64,000 nucleotides of DNA from NCBI RefSeq assembly GCF_009914755.1, contig NC_060936.1. One strand, 5' to 3'. Positions 1 through 14,050 of the stretch are shown one piece after another (position 1 is the stretch's first letter; each line of letters starts with the position of its first letter). Both the position numbers and the translations under genes were made by a program. The stretch comes from the human T2T-CHM13v2.0 reference genome, Homo sapiens. The notes beneath the pieces are model-generated. The model was not told the DNA's origin. It made no database searches and saw only the letters and a program-made list of their open reading frames with translations.

Positions 1-82
1 TCTACCTTTTGAGATTTCATGAAAATTACATGAAAAATTAATGTGGAAGCGGCTGTCACAGTACCTGGCACATGGTAAATGA

Positions 83-407
<325 letters not shown>

Positions 408-1994
408 GGAAGCATAGTCTTTAGCATGAATATTGAATTATTTTTTGAGAGCTTACTAGATGCAGAGGACTAGACTAGGCACCGTGGTCTTCATTATCTC
501 TTTTATCCCTGACCATTGTCTACCAGGAAAGCATTATTATTCCCATTTTAGAGATGAGAAAATAAAGGCTCACAGAGGTGGTGACAGGATCTACAGGGGC
601 TTGACGCCAGGTTCTCAGTTGGTTCTACGACGCCCACCTAACTAGTTCAATATCTAGGATAATAGGTGGGTGTTGGAGGGGAGGGGTGCTGTTTGTTTGT
701 TTGCCAGCTATTGACTCTTTGGTATCCTATGCATTTTTTCTACGTCCAATTCCTTTAAAATTTTTTTATATTTAAAATGATTTCCAGATTTGCTTGTAGG
801 CTGCCACTAACTAGACTGAAAGCATCTCTAGTGTGCCAACTCCAGAGGGGCAGGCTTAAATTAACCCTTAAGGCTGCCAACTGAGAATCACAGCAAACTT
901 CTGAGGCAGTATTTATAGAAACCTGTAGGGGGCAGCAGAGAGCAGCATCTGATGACTTGGGCTTCAACTCCAGGTTTTCTGGAACCTTGTTTCACAGACA
1001 CCCCTTAGCCTCATTCTAAAAGGACAGGCTCAAAGAGGAGCCAGGGGGAAATATGGATGAAGACTCTGAGTCCTAGCCATTGTAGGGTAGGAGATGAAAT
1101 TGAGGCAAGTGCTTTGGATTTCCTAATTTGAGGGGTGGGCCAGAGAATACTCTAAAAAAGGAAACCTCAGATATTAAGATTCACTAATTGACTCGTTCAT
1201 CCAGTGAATATTCACTGAGCATGTGTCTGGGGACAAATGTTATGATTCCTTGAAGGCTGAATTGTTTCTCAGCCATTCCCTTCTGCAGACATGTTTTGTT
1301 TGACCTGCAAAGTGATTTGATTTTTTTTTTAATTGGTGGTCAACATTTCCAAATCGGGAGATTTCATATGAAAATGTGGAGTTTTGGAGGCTCCTTTAGA
1401 AAAGGCAGGTGCTGTAGAAGCCCAGACCTGAATTCCTACACAGGATCTTCGGCTAATCTGAGAAGCAGACTCCCCTCCAGCCAGAACCTCTCTGGTTCCC
1501 CCACAGTCCCCACTACTCCCTACTGTCTTCCACCCAGCCTGCTTCATCCATTCATGTTACCTGAGAGGGCCCTGTTAGCATTGAATTTGTAACCTCTCAT
1601 CTGTTTCAACCCTGGTCTTTTGTCAGCGGGGAAATAAGAGACTTAGAGATGAGCCTTGACATGCCCAAGGTGGCTCTGTGAGTTGGTAGTAGTCAAGATT
1701 GGAACTTAGGTCACCTGAGCCTCAGTCTTGAGTCATCACCATGGACTCAGAGTAGCTCTGTTGCTCAGGTAACACTTTGATGGCACTATCCGTGCAGCCG
1801 CAGCCTGGCAAGATATCCTTCAGGGGCTCAGTCTTACCAGGGAGACAAAGGATGGGGCAAAGGAGAAACCCTGAGACTTTGAGAGGAGGGTTGCAGCTTG
1901 AAGGGAGAACAGCAGACAGAAGGAAGCCTTTCCAGCTTGACCAGGCAGGCAGCTGTGAGGTGCTATGGTGACTGAGAGCAAAAACCAGTGGGAT

Positions 1995-2140
1995 CCCAGC
2001 TCATCTACTTCCTAGCTGTGTGTCTTTAGGCCGGTCACTTCACCTCTCTGAACTTCATTTTCTTTGTCTGAAAAGGGAGGGTAGCAATTGTACCTACCTA
2101 AGAAGTGTGTGAAAGGATTGAATGAGATAATGCTTACAAA
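1995..2140 (+). mobile_element. MIR fragment (representative; many others, e.g. ~6190-6340, 9480-9630, 17060-17200, 40380-40550, 59090-59290)
   Basis: MIR core motifs (ctagctgtgtg...cctctctgaac...tgagataatg). Confidence 0.7.
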
Positions 2141-2380
2141 ACACAAGGTAATGGTTTACATTAACTTGTTAAAAATTAAAATCAAATGAAAAGTAAAATT
2201 AAATTTGTGAGCAATTAAAAATTGCTTACAAATGCAAGCTAGTATCAGCATGGATATTATCTTTGATGTGTGTTCCTGCAAGAGCTAAAACCCTGTATAA
2301 GGACTGGGGAAGGTTCTTTTTGAAACCAACCTTGGCCTTTAAGAGCCTCCTTCTGAAATGTGTCTTCTTGGCCCTGGCAG

Positions 2381-2452
2381 GTCCTCATCCTATAGCCCAT
2401 CGCCTGTCAAGAAAAAGAAGAAGAAAAGTTCCAAGAAACACAAGCGACGCAG
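2381..2452 (+). CDS. SRRM4: SRRM4 coding exon (probably exon 4), 72 nt, phase 2-2: (R)[23 protein letters not shown]
   Basis: ggcag|GTCC acceptor and CGCAG|gtattg donor; the basic Lys-rich peptide matches recalled SRRM4 and continues in frame into the next exon. Confidence 0.95.
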
Positions 2453-3097
2453 GTATTGTCCTTTTTCTCTGCAAACAAGACCTCCCCAGGTGGGGTGGGG
2501 AGGACAGTTGATGGCACTAAAAGGTCATCTGGAAGCATATCATGTCATTTATGTAAAACAATTATCTATGTCTTTTTACGTATTTGTGTCTTGTGTAAGC
2601 TGGGACTGTGGCTGCGAAGACTAGAGGTCCACACATGCTAACTGAGGCCAGAGGAGGACTTGATTATAAAGAAGCAGGAGTGACTCAGGGACCAGCCAGG
2701 CCTGAGCAAGGGGCTAGAACAAGGAGTGGAAAGCTGACAGGACCCACCTGGGACCTGAAGTGCCCGCTGTCTCCTGGTCCCCATGAGGGACATGGCTGCA
2801 CCCTGCCCCATCTCTCCATGTTGCAGGCCAAGTTGCAAGGAGACACTGAATCTCTCTGTCTTGTTCCTTATTCCAAATTCCCAAGGAAATGCCCCTCTTG
2901 TCAGTCCATTGCATGCTAGAGAATGAGATCATGTTGAAAAACATGGCTGTGCTGAGATTTCCCATGCTGGTGCATGGGGATGCAGTGACGGTAGTTACAG
3001 CGCATCATGAACTGGGCCCATGTTCCTGGTGTTCACTGTGCACACACACACACACACACGTGTATGTTTACAGGGGAAGGAAAAGACTAAAAGGATA

Positions 3098-3383
3098 CTG
3101 TAGTCCTGGCACTTTGGGAGACCAAGGTGGGCAGATCACGAGGTCAGGAGGTCGAGACCATCCTGGCCAACATGGTGAAACCCAGTCTCTACTAAAAATA
3201 CAAAAATTAGCCAGGTGTGGTGGCACGTGCCTGTAATCCCAGCTATTTGGGACGCTGAGGCAGAAGAATCACTTGAACCGGGGAGTCAGAGGTTGCAGTG
3301 AGCCGAGATCGCTCCATTGCACTCCAGCCTGGCAGCAGAGTGAGACTCTGTCTAAAAAACAAACAAACAAACAAACAAACAAA
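3098..3383 (+). mobile_element. Alu (AluS), slightly 5' truncated, (CAAA)n tail
   Basis: Alu consensus; aaaggata on both flanks. Confidence 0.92.
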
Positions 3384-4561
3384 GGATATACAACAGAGGG
3401 CTCAGGTTTGTGGTTTATGGCCCAAACCAACACTTTATAATTGGAAGATTCTGCAATACAGAAATACAGTTTTCTAGTTCCTCTGTAGAGTCAGAAGGTC
3501 TGTCTTCTCTGGGCCTATTTTCCCACGAGCAACCATCCCCTGGAGCTGAGGAGTTGCCAAGCATTTAGACAGAGTGCTCCAGTTGGCCTTAGGACCTGTC
3601 CAGCCTGCTCTACCCACTTACAAAGCCTGCTTGGCCCCTGGAGGCAGGAAGTTTGAAGCTCCCTATACAAGTTATTTGCTGTAGTGAGCTGCGGATAATG
3701 GGAAAAGAGTGATTTATATATTACTTTTGCTTATCCGTATCATCCAATTTTCCTACATCAATTGTAGATTACTTGTGCAATTAACAACAGAATGAATGAG
3801 AGGTAAGAGGTTGTTTGGGGCTTCCCCCTGCATCTCAAGTCCAGTTCAAAGTTGCACCAGTGTGGCTTTTCCCAATCCAGGGATATGACCACATCTCAGT
3901 GCTGGTTGCTAGAGTGGCCTCAAACTCAGTTGGCTCTCACTGGTTATGTCAACCACCTGCCCAGACTTCCTGACTGATGTTATCTGAGTTTGTGTTTACT
4001 ACAAGGCATGGGCAAACTAATTAGTGAAATGTTGTTAATTTGGTGTCAGCAATCTTTCCCCAAGTGGAGTCCTTTGTAGAGGCAATGGCCCACACTTATG
4101 ATTCTAGATGGCCACCTTATCACCTCCCTTTGCTGAGCAGCTCCTCCCAATTTGGGGGTTCGCTGGGGGAAGGGAGAACAACTTTCCCATATTTGGGCTC
4201 TGGAAGCCAAGTGGCTTCTCACTCACAGATTCCTTCTCATGAGAAAGACACTGACAGACAGTCAGAAACAGGCTTTTCCTGCCCGGTCAGCCCAGGTCTT
4301 AGAGCTTTACAGAGTAGGGGGTTCATATGAGGGAGATGATTAGGAGGGGAAATTCTGTTGCTATTCCTTCCCAAACCCTGACCTCCCGAGCACCATCCTA
4401 CTCCTGGTCCAGCCTCTCCAGGCTCTTGAAATGTTTGGTGAATGATAGCTGACACTTTTGGAGATGGGACCTAGGGGTAGCGAAAGCACTGAGATTTTTT
4501 TTTTTTTTTTTGTCTCTCCTCAGTTAGCAAGGCTTCTGAGTTTTTAAAAATTTTTCATTTT

Positions 4562-4705
4562 TCTAGCTAATGCATGCTGCACTTAATACCTAGGTGATGG
4601 GTTGATAGGTGCAGCAAACCACCATGGCACACATTACATGTAGCAAACCAGCACATCCTGCGTATGTACCCCAGAACTTAGAATAAAAATTAAAATTTTT
4701 AAAAA
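4562..4705 (+). mobile_element. older primate L1 3' end fragment
   Basis: taatacctaggtgatgggttgataggtgcagcaaaccaccatggcac L1 3' UTR motif with an A-rich tail. Confidence 0.85.
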
Positions 4706-5693
4706 ATGATTTTTCACATCTATTTATTGAACACCCATTATGTATCATGAATGAGGATTCTGAGTCCCAGAAAAGAAACCAAAACCCAGTCCCTGCCCTC
4801 CAATTCTCACATTCTAGTGGGGAAAATCGATCATTCTAATATGGAGAAGTCTGTACCCTGATGATGATAAGCTCAGAGGCTCACCCAGAGCTTGGGGGAG
4901 TAGACAGGAGGCATCCAACCAGCCTGAGGGACTCAGAAAATGTTACAAGGAGAAGACGGCCTCCAACTGGAGCACTGAAGAATGAGAAGAAGCTACATGG
5001 GTGATGCTGTTTGACTCTGAGCAACTTAATCAACTTCTCTGATCGTCAGTGTTTTTGTAAAATGGTTGTTAATAGTACTCCACAGGGCTTGGGGAAGATT
5101 GAATGAGATTGTACGTGACAGGTGCTAAGTACAGAACCTGGCACACAGTAAGAGTTCCACATGTGGAAGCTGGCTGTCTCATGATGATGACGGTGATGAT
5201 GAGGATGAGGAGGAGGAGGAATGCACAACAAGGGAGAGAGAAGATGAGATGGAGAATGGAGGAGGGGAAAGGCAGAAGACTCTCTCTACGTTCTCCTTAT
5301 CCAGCCTCATCCAGGACAGATTTACTGACAGTTTTGGGGGAGGATTGGAGCACCGGTAGGCTTTGATCTGGAAATTCAGAATCAAACCAGTATCTCCCAT
5401 ACAATTTTCATAGTCTCTGAAATCTAAGAGAGGAGGAGGATTAGCTAGGTGTCCCGACCCCCTGTAGCGTGATCACAAACATGCTGATACCTTCATACCA
5501 GGAAAAAAAAAAACTTTCAAACTCACCTATATTTACGTTTTCCCCTCCCTCCCTTCCTTCACCATCCCTCCCTTTCTTCCTTCCTCCTTTCTCTCCTTCT
5601 CTCCCTCTCTCCATCTCTCTCTCTCTCCCTCTCTTTCTCTGCCTTTTTTTTCTTTGATTCTTCTTTTCATTTTTTTTCTTTCTTTCTTTTCAG

Positions 5694-5720
5694 GTCATTC
5701 TCCAAGAAGAGAAGGCACAG
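5694..5720 (+). CDS. SRRM4: SRRM4 27-nt coding microexon (probably exon 5): (R)SFSKKRRH
   Basis: very long polypyrimidine tract ending ttttcag|, CAG|gtaaga donor; frame-preserving; missed by the ORF track. Confidence 0.93.
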
Positions 5721-7513
5721 GTAAGACTCTTGTTCTCTGACTGCCTGTTCAATTTTCTGCTTTCTCAGCCAGCTTGGGGCAGCTTCTAGGTCAGCCCTCA
5801 GTTTCCATCTGTGCTCTTAGGCATGACCCCTTCATCTTCCTGGGCCTCAGTTTCCTCCAAAATGAAGGTCTGGGCTGTTTTTTCTGAGTATTCCAAGCCA
5901 GCTTTTGACTTCCATCAGGCCAGGGGGTTGATCTTGGACCAGCCCTATCGATGTCTCGACCCCAGAATGTCTCATTACTACCCCTGCCACTGGTTGGAAT
6001 CTTGAACTGGGGCACATAGGGAAACAGTCCTGTCACACCACCAAAACCTTCCCAGATCTGGCCAAGGAACAGGGCCAAGTCCTCGTATACTGGACACACT
6101 GGGTGAACACAAATAGTTATTACTTACAGGGTCCTGACTCCAAACTGGATCCTGAGCTAAGTCCCTTCCATGTGTAGATGTTTTTAATTCTCATTAATCC
6201 CTACCACAACCTTGCACAGTGGATATGTTTATTGTTCCCATTTTACAGATGAGGAAACTGAGACTAAGATAGAATGTCACAGGAATGTCCACAGATAGAA
6301 CCAGAAGGTAACGGAGCCGAAATTCAAACCCAAATCTGTAGACAGAGGGTAAGGGGAGTGACGATGGCTTCTTAAATAACAATAACCACATCTAGAGCAA
6401 TCTGCAAAATGCAAAGCCCTGTCATTTGTTCACTTAATAAGTAGATATTGGTTGCCAATGTCCTCTGTCCACTCAGCTCTGCAGCTTGAGTAATGGCCCC
6501 ATTTCACGGTTGAAGAAACCAGGTTTTAAAGGGACGGGTAACTACCCTGATGTCACACAGCAGCTAAGAAGCAGAGGCGGATCTTGGGTCCAGTTGAATT
6601 TGGATCTGTCAGCAAGGTCCTGGGCTCTCCCACTGCCTAGGGTGAGTCTCAACATGAAGATAGATCCTGTGGCTGGCTTCAAGGTGTAAGATAGTTAGAT
6701 GAAATAAAATTGCCCCTTCCCAGGTCCTAGGCCAGTAATAGGTTCTTGGTGACCCTCTGCAACCAGTCTAGCTTAAACTACCAAATAGTGTGTTCATCCT
6801 CCCTGATCTCTATTTGATTACACTGAGACCCCAAGTCATTCTTATCCATTGTACTCAGACCCTAGCCCTATGACTCAAAAAATAATTTAAACGCAGATAC
6901 TTGAATATGAATGGGCAGACCATTTCAGAATCTACCAAGCGTCATGAGAGTTCAAATATCTTCCTGGATATTCCATTTGCTTCTCTTATAAATTGATTGA
7001 ACAGCAGTCAAGAGCATGGGCTCTGGGGATCCATGGTCTCAGATCCATGGCCACATCCTAGCTCACCTGCGCAATCCTAACCAAGTTTCTTTGCCCATCT
7101 GAGGTTCAGCTTAGAATGAGCACTTGTTAAATTGTGCCTCCACCCATAGGTTGTGGAGAGAATAAAATGAAGTTGTTGACGAAAGTATTCAACAGAGTGC
7201 CTAGACTGTAATTAAAGTCTCAAAAAATGGCAGACATTGTTATTACTACCTTTATTGCTGCCATTATTATTAACCTAGCAAAGCTGAGCTTGGCATCCTC
7301 CACACTCCATCCTCAACATATGTGTGTGCGTCGGTATCCCTAGCCGAATTTGCTGCATGAAAATGTTGGCAGTGAATTTTCCAGTCTGAGGCAATGATCA
7401 GTGTCCATTCCAAAACTGCCTGGATCTCACACTGTGTGTTAAGCATTTTAACTACTTGTTTATCTTTAACTAGAATTTTGCATCTTTCAATTAATTGACC
7501 ATTTCTTGTTTAG

Positions 7514-7564
7514 CTCCTCTAGCCCAAAAAGCAAAAGAAGAGATGAGAAGAGGCACAAGAAACA
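7514..7564 (+). CDS. SRRM4: SRRM4 51-nt coding exon (probably exon 6): (S)SSSPKSKRRDEKRHKK(Q)
   Basis: ttgtttag| acceptor, ACA|gtaagt donor; in frame with flanking exons. Confidence 0.93.
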
Positions 7565-7689
7565 GTAAGTAGATACTACCTGGAATGTACTCATCAGTTT
7601 GAGGAGTTGGGGCATCTGGCTTCTTAAAAGCCAGAGTCTTAGAGTTGCCAAATAAACAGGGAAAGGGAGGAGAAGGTGAGCGGGTGAAA

Positions 7690-7790
7690 GGAAGGCAGGA
7701 AGGCAGGAAGGCAGGAAGGCAGGAAGGCAGGAAGGCAGGAAGGAAGGAAGGAAGGAAGGAAGGAAGGAAGGAAGGAAGGAAGGAAGGAAG
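7690..7790 (+). repeat. (GGAAGGCA)n/(GGAA)n simple repeat
   Basis: direct inspection. Confidence 0.95.
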
Positions 7791-7819
7791 GGGAGAGGGA
7801 GGGACAGAAAGGCATAACT

Positions 7820-8310
7820 GCGTGTGTTGTAGGTTTAGGAATGTATGAATGCACCGGGTCGTGTGTATATGATGTGTATGTGTATGCACGCTTGTTTATG
7901 TTGCATGAAAGGGTGCATGTGTGTGCCTGGTGTGTCCCTTATGAGTATACCTTGTGTGTATATTTATACATAGTATGTATATATCTAGTGCATGCATTGT
8001 AGATGTCTGTACATTTTTACATTTTTGTACACTGTGTGTACAAATGTATACAATATGGGAACATTGTGTGGTCTATATTTGTGCCTACACCAATGCATTT
8101 GTGTGTCTGTGCTTGTGTGAGCATGAATGTGAATGGTATACATAGGACACACTAAATTCTATGCACTGTGTGTGTGCGCTGTGTAAGTACCTGTGTATAT
8201 TTTGTGCACAGGGGTCGTATGGTGGTTTTTACCTGTGCATGGGTGGTCATGGGGGTGTGAGCACATGGGTGCACGTGTGTGAGCATGTGTATGAATTCAT
8301 GTGCTGACTG
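7820..8310 (+). repeat. degenerate TG/TA-rich low-complexity tract
   Basis: direct inspection. Confidence 0.85.
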
Positions 8311-10832
8311 TTGGATTTACAGTGTGGAGATGTCAGTTAAGCTCCTAGCTCCAGTCTTGGGGCCCCAGCTGTTTCACAGTTTATAGCTGGTAGTAGAAAT
8401 TCAAATCAGCCACTGCTGCCTGTGGAGTTCAGTTCCCAGCCAAATTAAAAGTAAATTTGGTTACAACCTACCTACTTTATATCCTGCAAATGTTAGTGCG
8501 TGTGTTTTCCAATCAACTAATATTTTATCTCCTGCCAAGAAGCTTCTAAAGAGAGGATCAAAGACAATAAGATGAAAGGTAGTCGACTGCCAGGGAGGAA
8601 AAAGAGGAGGCAGGGATGCAGAGGGAGGGTGCCCAGCTTTGCTGCCCCAAACGGTCTTTTCACCCAAGGTCAGGACGAAGGAGGGCATTTCCGCCACCAC
8701 CACAGAGGCCTGGGGAATGCTCCAGAAGAAAGCAGTAGAGCCTTGAGTTAGCTGAGGGAAGAACTTCCTCATCATCGAATTTGTTCCGCTCAAGTCAAGA
8801 GACAATTATTGGCCACGTGTATTGAATGTGCTTTCACACTAAGCACAGATAGAGTACACGTTCCCAGCAATCTCGGTGTCACTTGACCAGTGGGGCCCCA
8901 GGGTAGGCAGCCACAGAGTCAGGGGGTAGGCCCAGACCTCAACAGCGCTAGGAAGGACCATCACTGAGATAAGGACTGCCTGCGTAAGGGGAGCAAGGTG
9001 GCCACCCTCCCCGCTGGCAAGAGCTGGATGAGCCCCAGAAATTGCTAGCAGGGCATCAGAAAGCTTGTGGAAGCCAAAAGACAAGAGGCAAGAGAGAAAA
9101 AAGACAAGAAGAATAAGGCTAGGAATCTTGAGGATTCAAGATAAACGATGGCTTATTCTTACCAAGTCTACGGTCAGGGCTGCTTCTAGGCAAGTGGCTG
9201 CTGGAGTGAGTTAGCCTCCTTTCATTCAACATCCCTTAATGAGGCCCTACTATGTGACTGGCCTTGCGCTGGGCCCAAGGACAGAGATGAGCCAGACACT
9301 GTCCTGGCCTTGAAGAGCTCACAGGAGCCAGACATAGGGCTGGTCACAGAACAGCAGACGAAACCCTGGGCATTGTGGGAACACAGGCACTGGGAAAAGG
9401 GCTTGGTGGCCTCCCGCAGGAGGCAGCATCTAAGCCGCAGGTGAGGATGGGAAGTAACCATTCCAGGCTGCAAGTTAAGCAGGTGGTTTAAACTCTCTGT
9501 GCCTCAGTTTCTTCATCTGTAAGATGGGAATAATAAGAGAATCTATTTCATAGGTTATTATGAAGAATAGATGAATCCCTTTAAGAAAAGTGCTTAGAAT
9601 ACAGTGCCTGGCATGAAGTATGTGTTAGATGTGGGTTACCTGTCATCATCACCATTGTTATCATCATCATCCCTAAGACATCATGAACTGGGAAATGTGT
9701 GAGCCAGCATACATACAGTTCAGAGCTGCTTTAGCCCACCAGGCCAGGGCAGAAGAAGACAAGCAGTGAGGCCAGAGAACTAGGCAAGGGCTAGCTCCTG
9801 AAGCTGCCTGAGGTTCAGGATCAGAGTTTGAACTTGATATGAGAGCAATGGGAAAGTTTTAAGCAGGGAAGGGATATGGTCTGATGATTACATTAGAAGA
9901 ATCCCTGAGTCCTTTGTTGAGATAACCAAGTTACCTCCCAACAGAATCATCTCTAACTCCCACTGGCTTTCTCGTTTGGCCCAAACCATTGACATCCTTT
10001 ATATATCTTCAATTACCACTGCCGCTGCCACTACTATTTCTGAATTATTACTACTTAGAAGTAGCTGAAGTAACCTGCAGTAACACCACTGTTAGTGGTA
10101 GTGGTAGTAATTGGTGTTGTTCTAATTTTTGTTTTTAATGAGGTTTGTAGCCCATCCTGAAAGGTTTTTGACTCCATGCTAAGAACCTGGACTTAATTTT
10201 CCAGGTCTGAGGTTGTAAATTGGCAGCCCAAAGGCCTAATTTACTCTGCAAATGTGTTTCATTTGCCCAAAAAGGTGCCTTTAAAAAAAAATAAGCTTCC
10301 ATTTAAAATAAGAACATTTTACCTAAAAATCTGTATTTCCACACTCACTTGAAAAATTAGAGGATCACCACACAAATATTCTGGAGGCAAAGCAGCACCT
10401 TCTGTTTTAACTCGGGCCTCCGGTTGATATTATGTTAGTGCTGGGCTGATCCACATATTTATGCTGCCTGAATGGCCCCTGAAGCTCTGTGACGTTGAGG
10501 CGCCTGCCTTGAGTGATGCAGAGGAGACATGGGGAAGTGACTTTCTGCCTAGGGTGTCATCTGGGGAGCAGGGAGGGCCCTGAGTCATCCACACTCCCTT
10601 CAGAGGACCCCTTTCTGCTCACCCGTATTCAGTACCATTGGTTACGGAACCCTCCACCCAATACCCAGGCAGGAAGCTGGACTAACGCATGGGGTTGAGG
10701 GAGATGGAGAACTTCGGGAGGGATGGTGACCAGTGCAAAGGAAAAACGGGTGTCACAAGATCAAATCTCTCACTCTCCCTTTTTTACTCTCTCTCTCCTC
10801 TCCTCTGACTCGTTCCTTCTCATCCCCCCAAG

Positions 10833-10931
10833 ATCTCGAAGCCGGCCCCGAAAGTCTCACCGCCACCGCCATCACCGCTGCCCCTCGCGGTCCCAGAGCT
10901 CGGAGTCCCGCCCCTCAAGCTGTGAGAGCAG
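10833..10931 (+). CDS. SRRM4: SRRM4 exon (probably 7), 99 nt: SRSRPRKSHRHRHHRCPSRSQSSESRPSSCES
   Basis: polypyrimidine tract with ccaag| acceptor, CAG|gtaacc donor; within ORF 10723..10935. Confidence 0.95.
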
Positions 10932-11091
10932 GTAACCCCTTGCCCCAGGATCCTCTTCTGTCAGCCACAGCCGAGCCCAGGCTAAGACACTGTTAACACT
11001 AGCTTCGCCTCCACACTTCCAGCACAGGGTTTGGCCCCCTTCCTCAGACTCAGCAGCTGGCACCACTTCCCTGTAGAGAAAGGGCTGGAGA

Positions 11092-11776
<685 letters not shown>

Positions 11777-12175
11777 TAGCTGCTCTTTGTACATCCACTT
11801 GCAGGATCCTCTCTACAACCGTAACAAGTGGGCATTATTGTTATCCCCATTTTAAATATGAGAAAACTGAGGCATGGGGGGGTTAAGGACTTTACTAGTC
11901 TCTTAGCAACTAAGTGACAGTTAGGATTGAAATCAGGGAACATGGCTCTAGACTTCACTAAGGGACCACTCTAAGCACAGAGAAGCTAAGCAAACTATGT
12001 AAACCCAAACAGTGCAAAGTAGAAAGTTCACTCTAATGCCTTTTCAACTCAGTTTTCTCCTAACCTGGACTCTCTCTATGCTAATACATTGGTTGTCCCA
12101 ACCTGAGAAGGCATCTTGTTGATGAGAAGAAGGAGGAAGGGAAGGAGAAGAGCAAGAATAAGAACTGGAGCTTTA

Positions 12176-12685
12176 ACTATAAATCATGCTGCTATAAAGA
12201 CACATGCACACGTATGTTTATTGCGGCATTATTCACAATAGCAAAGACTTGGAACCAACCCAAATGTCCAACAATGATAGACTGGATTAAGAAAATGTGG
12301 CACATATACACCATGGAATACTATGCAGCCATAAAAAATGATGAGTTCATGTCCTTTGTAGGGACATGGATGAAATTGGAAATCATCATTCTCAGTAAAC
12401 TATCGCAAGAACAAAAAACCAGACACCGCATATTCTCACTCATAGGTGGGAACTGAACAGTGAGAACACATGGACACAGGAAGGGGAACATCATACTCTG
12501 GGGACTGTTGTGGGGTTGGGGGACGGGGGAGGGATAGCATTGGGAGATATACCTAATGCTAGATGATGAGTTAGTGGGTGCAGCACACCAGCATGGCACA
12601 TGTATACATATGTAACTAACCTGCACATTGTATACATGTACCCTAAAACTTAAAGTATAATAATAATAAATAAATTTAAAAAAAA
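12176..12685 (+). mobile_element. young 5'-truncated L1 (L1PA2/PA3-like): end of ORF2, 3' UTR and A tail
   Basis: ORF 12214..12456 is the L1 ORF2 C-terminus; 16-bp TSD aagaactgg(a/g)gcttta; GAG rather than the Ta-diagnostic ACA. Confidence 0.93.
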
Positions 12686-12897
12686 GAACTGGGGCTTTAT
12701 TGGTGTTTGGAATCGTTGATGTTCAATGGGGACACTGAGACCTCCAGCTTCCAGATGTGAGGAGCTGCTTTTTTCTTTCTGAAATGCATCTCACACTTGA
12801 CTCTCCGTTCACATCACAAGGGTAGATTTTAAAATGTCATTGCCCTGGCCCCACTTTTCCCAAATAAAGCAGAATATCTATAGGAAAAGGGAGGAGG

Positions 12898-13200
<303 letters not shown>

Positions 13201-13539
13201 AAGAAAGGAAGAAAAAGGGAGAAGGAGAAGGTAGAAGGGGGAGAAGGAGAAAGAGGAGGCAGGAGAGGAATATTTACCCAAATCCTGCTCTGTGTCAGAC
13301 ACTGTGCTAAGATTTTCAATACATTTTCTCTCTCATCATTCTGATAATACTACGTGCTATGCTGGTGCTTGTCTACTTCGGCTGCCCTTTTCAATCACTT
13401 GGGAAGTTTTAAAAGATGCCAATGCCTGGATCCCACCCTCTCAACATTCTGATTTAATCCAGATGAGATGAGACCAGAACAGTGAGATTTTTAAATCCCC
13501 CCAGGTGATGTGTGGGAAGCATTTGAGGAAGAGGCCCTT

Positions 13540-14050
13540 GGTACCTACTATCACAATTAGGCCTTGGTGTTTCTGCTGAACATCAATAATTTCCAAGAAT
13601 ATCACCATCCAACAAGGCCACTCTGCAGCCCTGATTGCTCAAGACAAAACTAAGCCCCCTCTGTAATCAAGTCTGAGCCCAGATGAGAACACCGCAAAAC
13701 ACAAAAGTGACCAAGCATCTCTCTACCCTGCCTAATATGAGTGACTGCTGCTTCCTCGGCAGTCAGCCTTAGCCTCGGTCTAGTCCTCCCTCTTTCTAAA
13801 TAAGACTGATGAAGACACCCAGTCAGAATTACCCCCACTTCCTGGCAGCATCCAATTCTGAACAAAGCTCCAGATCTGTAAATGCTCCCCAAACCACCTA
13901 TCACCAGCCCAAAGCCTATAATAGGTTCTTTTTAACACCCCCTTACAGAGACGCCTGAAACTTCCCTATGGTATGAAGGAGTGACAACAATGTTTGTTCA
14001 ACCCCAGGTGGACTCCTGGTGGCCTTTTTCTGGAGGACATTGGCCAAATG
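13540..14050. mobile_element. probable old ERV LTR fragment (subfamily uncertain)
   Basis: resembles recalled MER34/MER39-type LTR motifs (aacaaggccactctg, aaatgctccccaaacc). Confidence 0.4.

Noticed and set aside
12214-12456. 80-aa ORF with clear protein-like sequence
   Set aside because: C-terminal remnant of L1 ORF2 in a 5'-truncated element, not a gene
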